Assembly: GCA_049599895.1 (NCBI GenBank)
Contig: JBMYPC010000020.1
Location: 1-31,959, forward strand
Reading direction: 5' to 3'
Source of the DNA: Bacteriovoracaceae bacterium
GTDB lineage: Bacteria > Bdellovibrionota > Bacteriovoracia > Bacteriovoracales > Bacteriovoracaceae
DNA: 31,959 bases
The translations under genes were made by a program, and so were the position numbers. This document shows positions 9,601 through 19,559 of this stretch, one piece after another. The notes under the pieces are model-generated. The model made no database searches. It was not told the DNA's origin and saw only the letters and a list, made by a program, of their open reading frames with translations. How positions within the stretch are numbered: position 1 is the first letter of the stretch; every line of letters starts with the position of its first letter.

Positions 9601-10096
9601 TGGTCGCTCCTTCAAGCTTCGATGATGAATTCATCCCATGAATTTGAGATGGGTTTTCATCCTGCTTTCGATGAATCGTAATTTCATCTTCTTCGTGTTT
9701 TTGTATCTGTTGAAATTTGTTTCTTAAAATTCTCTGTTCCATCTGCGCTTTTTGGATGGCATAGTTCTCAAACTGGGCCTTGTTACGAAGATAGCGAGGA
9801 TACATTTCTTCGAGAATGACATTCTTCACATTAAGACCACTATCAGAGGCACTCATCTTTTTAGCCTGTTCTTCAATTTGCCAGCTCTTGAACATTTGCT
9901 CAGCAGGGGATTGCTCGCGATTATTTACAGTGGATTTATTCATCTCTTTGAGAATGTATTGAGTGAAGGCACGCTCTTGGGATTCAGCAGCCTTTTTATA
10001 ATCCTCTGGAATATAATGCCGGTTCGCAGGCAGGCTCTTAGGCCCGTTTAAATTCCTCCGAAAAGTATTAGGCAATTGAATGTTTTTTGTATCCAT
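9593..10096 (-). CDS. flgJ: FlgJ-like rod-binding protein without muramidase domain
   Basis: 'AAESQERAFTQYILKEMNKS...EEQAKKMS...GLNVKNVI' resembles the Rod-binding domain; flgI-flgM position; start placed at ATG 10096. Confidence 0.7.
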   Translation of the reverse strand: MDTKNIQLPNTFRRNLNGPKSLPANRHYIPEDYKKAAESQERAFTQYILKEMNKSTVNNREQSPAEQMFKSWQIEEQAKKMSASDSGLNVKNVILEEMYPRYLRNKAQFENYAIQKAQMEQRILRNKFQQIQKHEEDEITIHRKQDENPSQIHGMNSSSKLEGATNE

Positions 10097-10374
10097 AATT
10101 AAAGCCTTCCTGGCTATTCCTTTAACGAAAGAAGGCGCACTTCTTCCATATATTACTTTACCATGTTGGGTGAAAATTCGAGAAAAAGCGGCAAAAGCTT
10201 CTAAGGGCAACTATTAAAATCAGATAATAATTTCACAATTTCTTGAGCTTCTTGTTGGGTTATCCGAATACCTGGGCACTGCACTCTATAAAATATTCGG
10301 GGTTTCTTTACTAACTGACAGATTGTGCTATTTTGCGTCAAGTTTTTTAATTTTATTTAATTAATGGGGGCTCA

Positions 10375-10962
10375 ATGTCACTTTCAAGATTAGTTATTGG
10401 TTTAGGTTTGTGCTTTTCAACTGCTTCAATTGCAGAGATTCCTCATTTCAACCCAACACCAAGGCAAGTGGTGGATTTTGCAAAAAAGCTAGACCCTATG
10501 GGGCAGCAGCTAGGGGCACTTAAGATCAATGACAAAATGATGCCCCAGCAAAGGCTTCTCACTTGGACAGGTCCAAAGGCATTTGAAGGACGTTGGAGCT
10601 ATGTTGGGACAGCAGCCGGAATGGAAGAAGTTAAAGAAGAAAGATTTACCGTTGATACTAGCGGGGGGCGATATCTTGAGATCAATGCAGGTCGATTAGT
10701 TGAAAGTATGATGGATATGAAAAGCATGCAAATTTCAATGCTTGAGGTCTCTTATCTTGATCTGAATATTGATCAAACGAATATGACGGCTTTTGCTAAT
10801 TCCATTGAAAGATTTGATGTGAGTAGTGAGTCTCAAACGACAATTTATCCTTCAGTTTTAAATTACAAGGTTTGGAGTGTTGGAGAGAATGAATATCTCG
10901 TGAAAATTCTTGAAAACGAAGGGCAGCAGCAGTTTTTTGTTTATAAACGAGTTAAGCAGTAA
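10375..10962 (+). CDS. Hypothetical secreted protein, antiparallel within the flagellar cluster
   Basis: Signal peptide 'MSLSRLVIGLGLCFSTASIA'; G-rich SD; no recognised domain. Confidence 0.75.
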   Translation: MSLSRLVIGLGLCFSTASIAEIPHFNPTPRQVVDFAKKLDPMGQQLGALKINDKMMPQQRLLTWTGPKAFEGRWSYVGTAAGMEEVKEERFTVDTSGGRYLEINAGRLVESMMDMKSMQISMLEVSYLDLNIDQTNMTAFANSIERFDVSSESQTTIYPSVLNYKVWSVGENEYLVKILENEGQQQFFVYKRVKQ

Positions 10963-10998
10963 GAGCCGAGGTCGGTTACAACTCGTCTGACTTAAAAA

Positions 10999-12003
10999 TT
11001 AAATAAACTCAAGATTCCCAACCAAAGAGCCATTTCTCTTTAAGGCTTGGAAAATAGAAATCAAATCTTCTGGGGTTGTTCCAAGAGCATTGAGTCCTTG
11101 GACAAGATCGTTAAGAGAGGCTTTTGAATCCATGTAATAAAAGCTTTGAGGCTTTCCTTTGGCATCATCACCTTCGCCACCAATTTGAATCGAAAGATCT
11201 CCGTGGCTAATCGCAACTGGTTTTAAAGAGATTTCTCCACCAGCTACAATCGTGCCCGTTCTTTCATTAATCACAATTTTAGCGATTTGATCGGAGACAA
11301 TTTTAAAGTTTTCAATGATCGCCATGAGTTGCACGACTTTTCTTTGGTAGAAAACAGGGATAATGAGATCAACAGTAGAAGAATCCTTGGCAAGGGCATA
11401 TTTTCCACCAAGCTCTTCATTAATTGTTCTTTCGATTCTTGCAGCTGTTGTAAAATCAGCGTTATTTAAACTTAAACGAATTGATTCTTTTTTATCAAAA
11501 TCGAGCTTAAGCTCTCTCTCAATTAATCCACCTTCGGCCACAAGACCTGAGGTTGCAAACTTTGAACCGGCTTTAAGACCTCCAATAGACACCTGTCCAG
11601 AGGCAATAGCATAAACATTTCCGTCTCCGCCTTTAAGAGGTGTGACGAGAAGTGTTCCTCCTGCAAGAGAAGAGGCATCACCAATAGAGGAGACTGTGAC
11701 ATCGACTTTCTGTCCTATTCTTCCAAAGGGAGGAAGTTTTGCTGTCACGATAACGGCAGCGACATTTTTAGATGAAATTTCTTGTTGAGGGTTGAGTCCT
11801 AATTTTTGAAACATTCTTTTAAGAGAAGTGTTTGTGATTTCACCACCACCGTCACCAGTTCCATTAAGTCCAATGACAAGACCATACCCAATGATTGGAT
11901 TTTCTCTTACACCTTTTACAGTGACTAGGTCTTTGAGGCGATTGGCCTTAGCAAAGAGATTAGAGCTTAAGAGAAGAGTGAGGGTTAAGATGAAATATCT
12001 CAT
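10999..12003 (-). CDS. flgI: Flagellar P-ring protein
   Basis: 'GVRENPIIGYGLVIGLNGTGD', 'KNVAAVIVTAKLPPF', 'INERTGTIVAG'. Confidence 0.98.
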   Translation of the reverse strand: MRYFILTLTLLLSSNLFAKANRLKDLVTVKGVRENPIIGYGLVIGLNGTGDGGGEITNTSLKRMFQKLGLNPQQEISSKNVAAVIVTAKLPPFGRIGQKVDVTVSSIGDASSLAGGTLLVTPLKGGDGNVYAIASGQVSIGGLKAGSKFATSGLVAEGGLIERELKLDFDKKESIRLSLNNADFTTAARIERTINEELGGKYALAKDSSTVDLIIPVFYQRKVVQLMAIIENFKIVSDQIAKIVINERTGTIVAGGEISLKPVAISHGDLSIQIGGEGDDAKGKPQSFYYMDSKASLNDLVQGLNALGTTPEDLISIFQALKRNGSLVGNLEFI

Positions 12004-12764
12004 TAGCGAACCACCCGGATTGTTTTTTCAAGTAATTTATCAGAGTTCACACTTTTACTATCGTTAATATCAACTCTACCAACGAGTGCTTGAACTTCAA
12101 CAACTCGTCTTTTTCCTCTAAAAAGAAGATATTTTCTTCCTTTGACGAGAATGTGATCGTCATTAATTTCTTCCATCACAATGCTTGAAACTCTGTCATA
12201 GACCTTGTTTGAAGAGACTTCCTGAGCTTCTGGATCAGCATCGGCTTTAACACTTGCTGGTGCTGGGTTGTCTGCCGTTTTGGCTTTGTCATTTTTCTTT
12301 TTCTTTCTTCTTTTAGGTTGTGCTCTTGGAAAGCTTCTTACAAGTTCTCTTGTAATTTCATTTTTAAGATCGGCTTGAACGTTGATCACAACAATGTCGC
12401 CACTGTTAATGATTGTATCAACTGAAAAGAGGTAACTACTTGATTTATTAGCGCCCCAAAGAGAAGCTGCTGGCCCATTATCTGTTAGATCATCAACTTT
12501 GTATCTTTTTTTAGGAGCTGCTTGGGCTTTGTTATAAACACGTTTTTGACTTGGCATCACTACCGGTGTGTTTCGGCTTGTCTTGGGCATCCCTGCCATT
12601 CGCCTTTGACGAATAAAATCGAATTGATCATCAATGGGCTTTGATCTTTTACTGGCTTTAGCCGTTCGGCCATCGGCACGATCAAAATCACTGTGCATTT
12701 GTTTAATGTAGCTACCGCAACTTGAAAGAGAGAACAGGAGTGCTGTTAAGAGAAGTCCTTTCAT
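12003..12764 (-). CDS. flgH: Flagellar L-ring lipoprotein (divergent)
   Basis: Lipobox LSSC, 'SLW', 'GDIVVINV', 'ILVKGRK...GRVDI...VNSDKL'; between flgA and flgI. Confidence 0.85.
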   Translation of the reverse strand: MKGLLLTALLFSLSSCGSYIKQMHSDFDRADGRTAKASKRSKPIDDQFDFIRQRRMAGMPKTSRNTPVVMPSQKRVYNKAQAAPKKRYKVDDLTDNGPAASLWGANKSSSYLFSVDTIINSGDIVVINVQADLKNEITRELVRSFPRAQPKRRKKKKNDKAKTADNPAPASVKADADPEAQEVSSNKVYDRVSSIVMEEINDDHILVKGRKYLLFRGKRRVVEVQALVGRVDINDSKSVNSDKLLEKTIRVVR

Positions 12765-12781
12765 GCTTTTAAAAATCCTTT

Positions 12782-13657
12782 TTAAAAGTCCACAACAACG
12801 GTGTTGTGATCAATGACTTTACCTACGATGATTTTCGCAGATTTTTCATTTCTTAACTTAATTATATCCCCTAATTGACCATAACTTAAGGGTATGGCCT
12901 TAAGTGACAATTTTAACCCTCTTGAATTCAAAAGAACCTTAGTAGGTCTTCCGGCTGAGACGAGATTTTCAGATAACACCTGAATTTTACGTAATGGAGA
13001 GTTGGGGTGGATGGTACCTCGAAGCTTTAGAAACTTGATGTTTTTTGTCGATTGAATGAACTCTTTTGGATTGAGAGTCAGAACTTCTTTTTCTTGAAAG
13101 TCTTTTGCACTTAACTTGAGCTCATGGGAAGGAGAGAGAGTTTTTTTAGGAAATAGTCCTACAACTGAATGAAGGAGTTTCGTTTTGATCCATGAATTAT
13201 TGGTAAATGAATGGTGAAGTTTAATGGTCTTTTCACCAGGAGAAAAACAATCAGCGCATTCTGTATTAATCCCCGAAATATGATCTGAGGCGAGAAATCC
13301 AGGACCTCCAAGAAATTTTGAGTCCTTAAATCTTAATTTTTTGAGCTTCGATTTAGAGTTTAAAAACTCATCGAGTCCTAGGACATTAAACTTTGTATCA
13401 GAACAAATAATCTTTTCTTGATCAGTAAGTTTTAAATACTTTTTAAATTGCCTAACCTGAAATTCTCCGGAGCTAGTCATTAAAAAGTTTGAAACATCTT
13501 CTTTGGTTTTCTTTGAGCATTTTGATGAAAACAAAGAATTGAGGTTTGAATTCTTTTGGCGGATGAGAAATTTCTTTAAAGTAATCTCACAAGTTTCTGC
13601 ATAGGCAGTTATACCAATGAAGAAAGTTAAGAATAAAGTGGTCGTTTTAATTTTCAT
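12782..13657 (-). CDS. flgA: P-ring formation chaperone FlgA
   Basis: Signal peptide; C-terminal 'GQLGDIIKLRNEKSAKIIVGKV'; position after flgG. Confidence 0.85.
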   Translation of the reverse strand: MKIKTTTLFLTFFIGITAYAETCEITLKKFLIRQKNSNLNSLFSSKCSKKTKEDVSNFLMTSSGEFQVRQFKKYLKLTDQEKIICSDTKFNVLGLDEFLNSKSKLKKLRFKDSKFLGGPGFLASDHISGINTECADCFSPGEKTIKLHHSFTNNSWIKTKLLHSVVGLFPKKTLSPSHELKLSAKDFQEKEVLTLNPKEFIQSTKNIKFLKLRGTIHPNSPLRKIQVLSENLVSAGRPTKVLLNSRGLKLSLKAIPLSYGQLGDIIKLRNEKSAKIIVGKVIDHNTVVVDF

Positions 13658-13659
13658 TT

Positions 13660-14538
13660 TTATCGTATGTTATTAACTGTTTGAAGCATTTGATCGGCAA
13701 TACCCATCACTTTTGAGTTCATTTCATAAGCTCTTTGCGCCTTAATAAGTCCAGTCATTTCAGTCATAACACTTACATTAGAAGCTTCAAGAACCCCTTG
13801 AGCAATAGAGCCTGCGTTCTCTTGACCCGGTAATGTCTGAATCGCAGCACCACTTGATCTTGTATCTTGAAAGAGGTTTCCTCCAAGGGATTTAAGCCCT
13901 GTTGGGTTTACGAACATAAAAGTTGGAATGTTTCCAACAACAATCGGTTCTCTTTGGTTTTTTACGTAAGCTTCAATCTTTCCATCAGGGCTGATTGCCG
14001 TCGAAAGGGTGTTTGGTGGAATTTGGAATCCTGGGAAGAGCTTTTGTCCTCTTCTGTTTACGATTTCACCCTGATAGTTAACAGAGAATGAACCATCTCG
14101 AGTGTATTTGACTGTCCCATCATTCATGACAATTCCAAAGAAGCCCTGTCCCGTAATCATAAGATCCCAAGGTCGATTGGTCATAAGCTGGCTTCCAACA
14201 GCAAATTCTTTTCTTACCGCTGAAACCTTGGATCCAGAACCTATTTGCATACCAACGTTATAGACAGTGTTTGAGCTTGATCTTGCTCCGGCTTCAACCT
14301 GAGTTTCATACATAAGGTCCTCAAACTGGGCCCTTTCTCGTTTAAAGCCTGTGGTGTTGGCGTTGGCAATGTTGTTGGAAATTGTATTCACCAAGGTTTC
14401 TTGGGAGGCCATCCCTGTAGCAGCTGTATTCAGGGCCCTCATCATCGCCTGGCTTTCAAAAGAAAGTAGTGAAGTGATCGCAAGAATCAATGAAAGAGCG
14501 AATAATAATGGAAGAGTTCTAAAATTTAAGTAACTCAT
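13660..14538 (-). CDS. flgG: Flagellar distal rod protein FlgG, possibly with a 31-aa signal peptide (canonical start would be 14445)
   Basis: 'MMRALNTAATGM...ISNNIANANTTGFK...FEDLMY', 'YTRDGSF', 'LEASNV...AQRAYEMNSKV'. Identity is confident; start position is uncertain. Confidence 0.92.
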   Translation of the reverse strand: MSYLNFRTLPLLFALSLILAITSLLSFESQAMMRALNTAATGMASQETLVNTISNNIANANTTGFKRERAQFEDLMYETQVEAGARSSSNTVYNVGMQIGSGSKVSAVRKEFAVGSQLMTNRPWDLMITGQGFFGIVMNDGTVKYTRDGSFSVNYQGEIVNRRGQKLFPGFQIPPNTLSTAISPDGKIEAYVKNQREPIVVGNIPTFMFVNPTGLKSLGGNLFQDTRSSGAAIQTLPGQENAGSIAQGVLEASNVSVMTEMTGLIKAQRAYEMNSKVMGIADQMLQTVNNIR

Positions 14539-15316
14539 TGGTCCCCTTTGATGAAATTTGATCATATGTTTTGATGGCCTTTTGGATTGATTCAAACTGC
14601 CTATTTGCTTTAATAAGTTTTGCCATTTCTGCTACTGCATTGACGTTGGACTGCTCAATATAGCCTTGGTGAATTGATGTTGTAGTATTCTTCTCAAGAA
14701 CATTTGCGGGGTCATTGGGAACAAAAAGTTGTCCGCCTTCTTTTTTAAGGGCGTGAAGGTCTTTGAATTCTTTAATCGAGATTTGATCGGTTGGTGCCCC
14801 ACCAACAAAGATTTGCCCCTGAAAGTTGATGTTAAAGCTCGTGTTTCCCACATTAATAAGTTTATTTTTAGGGTCAGGGTCTTTTGAGTCTTTAAGGATG
14901 TAATGGCCTTTTGTGTTAATTAAATAGCCTTCTGGAGAAACTGAAAGAGAGCCACTTCGAGTATAACGAATGCCATTGGGTGTGAGGACTTCAAGCATTC
15001 CTTGTCCCTTAAGGGCAAGGTCGAGAGGGTTTCCTGTGGGAGTCAGTTGTCCTTGCTCGAATATTGTATAAGAACCATCAACCTTTACCTTCGCATGTTC
15101 GGCACCGTAGGAATGGTAAAAGTCTTTAGGTTGGAATTCTTTGTTCGGAAGGTCGATATCATCATAACCTTTGTCTAAGGCGGTTATGTATTCTCTAAAA
15201 GTGAGTTCGTCCTTTTTGAATCCTGGAGTATTGGCATTGGCGATATTGTTGGCAATGGTCTCAACACTTTTTTGTTGAGCAATCGCACCTGAAACGGGAA
15301 CCCATAGTTCCTTCAT
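14519..15316 (-). CDS. flgF: Flagellar proximal rod protein FlgF
   Basis: 'IANNIANANTPGFKK', 'TGNPLDLAL', 'YTRSGS', 'QGYIEQSNVNAV'; GGAGG SD; precedes flgG. Confidence 0.9.
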   Translation of the reverse strand: MKELWVPVSGAIAQQKSVETIANNIANANTPGFKKDELTFREYITALDKGYDDIDLPNKEFQPKDFYHSYGAEHAKVKVDGSYTIFEQGQLTPTGNPLDLALKGQGMLEVLTPNGIRYTRSGSLSVSPEGYLINTKGHYILKDSKDPDPKNKLINVGNTSFNINFQGQIFVGGAPTDQISIKEFKDLHALKKEGGQLFVPNDPANVLEKNTTTSIHQGYIEQSNVNAVAEMAKLIKANRQFESIQKAIKTYDQISSKGTNELLKF

Positions 15317-15506
15317 AATCCTCCCAATGTCAGCAAAAAATGGATGAGCGCTTCATCTACTTTCCTTTTGACTTTCCTATTATGCAGGAAATCTTTAGTT
15401 CAAATAAAGATGGGGAAAATTGATACTGTTTTGTTATGATAATTTGGATAAAATAATAAGGACTTAAAGGTGACCTCCAAATACCTGAGAGAAACACGGG
15501 GTTTTC

Positions 15507-15743
15507 ATGGGAAAGAAAGAAGAAAACGAAAAGCTTGAAATCAAAGACTTTGAGAAAAATCTAGAAGTCTTAGAGGGAATCGTTGAAAAACTTGAAAGTG
15601 GCAAAATGAATTTAGATAAAAGTTTAAAAGAGTTTGAAAAAGGCGTTGAGCTATATAGTGATTGTCGAAAAATGTTAACCTTCGCAGAAAAGAAAGTCAG
15701 TAAGCTCACAGAACTCCTCCAGGAAGATTCTAATAAAAACTAA
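15507..15743 (+). CDS. xseB: Exodeoxyribonuclease VII small subunit
   Basis: 'FEKNLEVLEGIVEKLESGKMNLDKSLKEFEKGVEL...C'. Confidence 0.95.
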   Translation: MGKKEENEKLEIKDFEKNLEVLEGIVEKLESGKMNLDKSLKEFEKGVELYSDCRKMLTFAEKKVSKLTELLQEDSNKN

Positions 15744-15751
15744 AAGTATCT

Positions 15752-16708
15752 ATGAGATTAGTTCTAGTTTGTTTTACTTTCATTATTTTAGGATGCCAGT
15801 CAAAAACTCAAAAGGTAATTGAGGAAGAAGGCCTGTATGCTTCTATCCCAAAAGTTTTAGAACAGTCAGAAAAAGAATTTAAAAAAATTGAAATTACAAA
15901 AAGCAGCGAGGTTGATCTTAATATCACTGAGCTTACAGATCTAAGTGATCAACGTTCACTTGGGTTTGTTTTTGGCCCCGGACTCTATCGAACAGCTGGT
16001 TATATCAATATTATTCGAGAGATTGAAAAATACAAAGAGAGTGCTGGTGTTGTTACTGGTCACGGCGTAGGCGCTTTCTTTGCTTCGGCTTACGCCTTTA
16101 ATGTGGCGGCTGATTTGATTGAATGGAAGTTTTTTAATTTCCTAAGCAAAGTGAAAAATCAAAAGGTGTTTTCAGAATCATGGATTCAAGCTTATGAAAA
16201 AATGCTCGAAGAAGTTTTCTCGGGAAAAAGAATTGCGGATGCTAAGATTCGCTTAATTCTCCCTCTTTACGATATTCAAAATAAAAAAGTTCGCTGGCTT
16301 GAAGAAGGTAAAATTAAAGATGTACTGATGGCCAATGTTCGAATGACTCCATCAAGAGGGAGGGGAAGTGTTGCCTTTCCATGGGAGTACTATAACCGCT
16401 TTGCCTTTGAGAACTACGGTGCCGAAAGAGTCATTTCTTTTAATGTTCTTAAAGGACTCCCCAATCTTAAAAGACCCAATGACCTTTTAATGGGACTTTA
16501 TTCAAGAGGCGCTTCAAACTATCAAAGATCAAAAGAAGAGTTCGAAATTTCTTTTGAACTTCCTCTTTCAAAGTTCTCCCTTGATATTCCTGCAAAACTT
16601 GTCACAGAGAGCCCGGATCTTAGAAAAAAATCAAAAGAAATTGCAAATTACATACAAAATATTGTTCAAGAAAATATCGATCAAAAGGTAGCCGATGAAG
16701 GTGAGTAA
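15752..16708 (+). CDS. Patatin-like lipoprotein with degenerate catalytic motifs
   Basis: Lipobox ILGC; 'LGFVFGPGLYRTAGY' in place of GGGxRG; 'VTGHGVGA' in place of GxSxG; no DGG motif. Confidence 0.65.
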   Translation: MRLVLVCFTFIILGCQSKTQKVIEEEGLYASIPKVLEQSEKEFKKIEITKSSEVDLNITELTDLSDQRSLGFVFGPGLYRTAGYINIIREIEKYKESAGVVTGHGVGAFFASAYAFNVAADLIEWKFFNFLSKVKNQKVFSESWIQAYEKMLEEVFSGKRIADAKIRLILPLYDIQNKKVRWLEEGKIKDVLMANVRMTPSRGRGSVAFPWEYYNRFAFENYGAERVISFNVLKGLPNLKRPNDLLMGLYSRGASNYQRSKEEFEISFELPLSKFSLDIPAKLVTESPDLRKKSKEIANYIQNIVQENIDQKVADEGE

Positions 16709-19475
16709 GAAAATCATTCTTTGGGGACTTGTAGGAACATTTCTTTTAGGAGTTTCTGGGGCAGGAGGGTTCCTTTTTTATATCAATAGTAATCTTCCAA
16801 AGCTTGATAAACTGTCAGATTATAATCCTCCTCTTCCTTCTGTCATTCTCGCAAAAGATGGAAGTGTCCTCGCAAAAATTTCAAAAGAAAATCGAGAGCT
16901 TATTAATATTGATGAGGTCCCTGAGTTCGTCATCAATGCATTTTTATCTGCTGAGGATGATGGCTTTTATGAACACCGTGGGGTGGATATTATGGGGGTC
17001 ATAAGGGCCCTTTGGATTAACATAAAGGCAGGAAGAGTTGTCCAGGGGGGAAGTACCATTACTCAACAGGTCGCAAAGTCTCTTCTTCTGACCAGTGAAA
17101 GGTCTTTAATTCGAAAAATGAAAGACTTTATCCTTGCAATAAAAATTGAAAAAAAATTATCAAAAAAAGAAATTCTTTATCTCTATCTCAACCAGGTTTA
17201 TTTAGGCGGCGGTTATTACGGAATCAAAACAGCTTTTGAAGGGTATTTTGGAAAAGAGATGTCAGAGGCGACAATTGCAGAAGCTGCTATGGTGGCAGGA
17301 CTTTTAGTTGCTCCTGGAAGATATAGCCCTTATATCAAACCTCACTTTGCAAAAAAGAGGCAAAGATATGTTTTAAAACGGATGCTTGCGACTAAAAAAA
17401 TATCTCAAGAAGAATATGACGAGGCGATGGTTGAAAAAATTCGTTACCGCATCCGAAGAGGTGGAGAGTTCAAGGCCGGCTACTTTACAGATTGGGTAAG
17501 GCAACGAGTGATCGGATTTGTTGGAGAGAAAGAATTTCTCACTGGTGGTTATACTGTGAGAACGACGATTGATACTTCTCTTCAAGAGGTTGCAGAGAAA
17601 GAATCTTTTGCTGGAGTCAAGGCAATCGATAAGAGGCAAGGTTTTAAAGGACCTATTCGACAACAAGAAATTTATGAAAAGAAAAATGTTTTTGGAGAGA
17701 ATTATTTAAAGTCTCTTAAAGAAAAAAGAGAAAAACTTTATAAAGCTCGATCTCAATTTTTTACAGTCAATGATTCATTTAAAAAAGAGTTTGAACTTTC
17801 TTTAGGTGAAGGAGAGATCCAAGAGATTCAAGATTATCGAAATAATTTTTATGAAAAAATGAAAGCAAGCTTTCTCTATCCAGGACTTCACAACGAAGAA
17901 GATACTGTGAAAAGCCTTCTTAAAAAAGGTGAAAGCGTCGAAGCTGTTGTGACTGCTGTAAACAATAAGGCAAAAGTCATTCTTGTTGATATCCTTGGAG
18001 TTCCTGGAATTATCAACAAAGCAGGCTTTTCTTGGGCCCATGAAAGAATCATTAGTGAAAAAAGAGAATGGTACCCGGCAGTTGATCTTCCTTCGAAGGT
18101 CGTAAAAGTTGGAGATGTTATTCTCGTAAAAATTGTGAGTCTTGAAACAGGTCTTTACCGTCAATTCGACTCCGCTTATATGAAAAGAGTTAAAGCGACG
18201 AATATCTATAAGAAAACTCTTGATGCCATAAAGGAGCAGAAGTTTGTTCTTTGTAAAATAGATCAAGAGCCGGATGTACAGGCTGCCCTTATGAGTATGT
18301 CTCCTCGTTCGGGAGAAATTATTTCATTTGTTGGAGGCAGTAATTTTTTAAAATCCCAGTTTAATCGTGTTGTTCAATCTCAAAGACAACCTGGTTCATC
18401 TTTTAAGCCACTTCTGTTTGCGGCTGGATTAGAAAATGGGTTTTATCCCAATTCGATTATCGTCGATTCTCCAGAGGCCCTTGCAAGTTCAGAAATTGAT
18501 GTCAGTTGGAAACCAGGAAATTATGATGGCCGTTTTAAGGGGCCAATGACTTTTCGAAACGCTTTAGAGCAGAGTCGAAATGTCCCAACAATTAAAATTG
18601 CCCAAGAGGTAGGCGTTTCTAAAATTGTCGATTTTTCTAAAAGAATTGGTTTCAACGCAAAGATGGACCCTGATCTCAGTCTTTCTCTTGGTGCCTTTGG
18701 TGCAACTCTTTATGACATTGTTACAACTTATGCCATTTTCCCTAATGGAGGAAGGCGAATTCAGCCCGTATCAATTCTTGAGATCAAAGATCGCGAGGGA
18801 CAAGAGATTCAGTTTCATGAAGACATCGAAAAGCTTTATACTCCACAAGACTATGAGAAGATGATTCTTGCTAAAAATCCAGTAAAGGAAGACGTTGAGT
18901 CTTCTCCAACAGAAGATCAGGTTAAAACCTCAAACAGTGGTGAACAAAAAAATGAGTTCTTAGAAGGACTTAATGAAGAAATAGTTTATGACAGAAGACT
19001 TGCCTACGTTATGTCGAATCTTTTAAGAGGAATCGTATCGAGCCCTGGTGGTACCGGCGGCGCTGCAAGAGCTCTTTCTCCTTACGTGGGGGGAAAAACC
19101 GGAACTACAAGTAATTATGTTGATGCTTGGTTTATTGGTTTTGCCAGTAACATCGTAACTGGAGTTTGGACTGGTTTTGATCAAAACGAAACCATGGGTT
19201 ATGGAGAAGCTGGTTCAAAAGCGGCCCTCCCTATTTGGCGAGAATATATGACAGCGGCACTTGAGAAACTGGGGAAGTTTGAGTTTCAAGTTCCTCCAGG
19301 AATTGTGAATGTCTATATCAACAAAGATACAGGAAAAGAGAATAGTGCTGCTAACTTTCTAGAATCATTTGTTGAAGGTTACGAGCCTGGAAGCATCGAA
19401 ACAAAAAAAGAAGAGCTTTCAGAAGATGCTCCTATGAACCTGATCGAAGAAGACGACTATTATAATAGTCTTTAA
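16695..19475 (+). CDS. mrcA: Penicillin-binding protein 1A (bifunctional GT51/transpeptidase)
   Basis: 'AEDDGFYEHRG', 'GGSTITQQVAK', 'YLNQVYLG', SSFK, SRN and KTG motifs; OB-like insertion. Confidence 0.96.
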   Translation: MKVSKKIILWGLVGTFLLGVSGAGGFLFYINSNLPKLDKLSDYNPPLPSVILAKDGSVLAKISKENRELINIDEVPEFVINAFLSAEDDGFYEHRGVDIMGVIRALWINIKAGRVVQGGSTITQQVAKSLLLTSERSLIRKMKDFILAIKIEKKLSKKEILYLYLNQVYLGGGYYGIKTAFEGYFGKEMSEATIAEAAMVAGLLVAPGRYSPYIKPHFAKKRQRYVLKRMLATKKISQEEYDEAMVEKIRYRIRRGGEFKAGYFTDWVRQRVIGFVGEKEFLTGGYTVRTTIDTSLQEVAEKESFAGVKAIDKRQGFKGPIRQQEIYEKKNVFGENYLKSLKEKREKLYKARSQFFTVNDSFKKEFELSLGEGEIQEIQDYRNNFYEKMKASFLYPGLHNEEDTVKSLLKKGESVEAVVTAVNNKAKVILVDILGVPGIINKAGFSWAHERIISEKREWYPAVDLPSKVVKVGDVILVKIVSLETGLYRQFDSAYMKRVKATNIYKKTLDAIKEQKFVLCKIDQEPDVQAALMSMSPRSGEIISFVGGSNFLKSQFNRVVQSQRQPGSSFKPLLFAAGLENGFYPNSIIVDSPEALASSEIDVSWKPGNYDGRFKGPMTFRNALEQSRNVPTIKIAQEVGVSKIVDFSKRIGFNAKMDPDLSLSLGAFGATLYDIVTTYAIFPNGGRRIQPVSILEIKDREGQEIQFHEDIEKLYTPQDYEKMILAKNPVKEDVESSPTEDQVKTSNSGEQKNEFLEGLNEEIVYDRRLAYVMSNLLRGIVSSPGGTGGAARALSPYVGGKTGTTSNYVDAWFIGFASNIVTGVWTGFDQNETMGYGEAGSKAALPIWREYMTAALEKLGKFEFQVPPGIVNVYINKDTGKENSAANFLESFVEGYEPGSIETKKEELSEDAPMNLIEEDDYYNSL

Positions 19476-19506
19476 TTTCCTGCTTCAATATTTCACCTAA
19501 AGACTC

Positions 19507-19533
19507 TCAACCTTTCATTTTGAGCTCCGATAA
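19507..19533 (+). promoter_or_regulatory. Putative sigma28 (FliA) promoter
   Basis: TCAA-N15-TCCGATAA versus consensus TAAA-N15-GCCGATAA, upstream of the TonB-like gene. Confidence 0.5.
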
Positions 19534-19559
19534 GTTTATGAAGAATAACGAATGGAGCC

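Noticed and set aside
14539..14595. Further FlgG extension from 14595
   Set aside because: It lies deep inside flgF, is not signal-like and has no SD.
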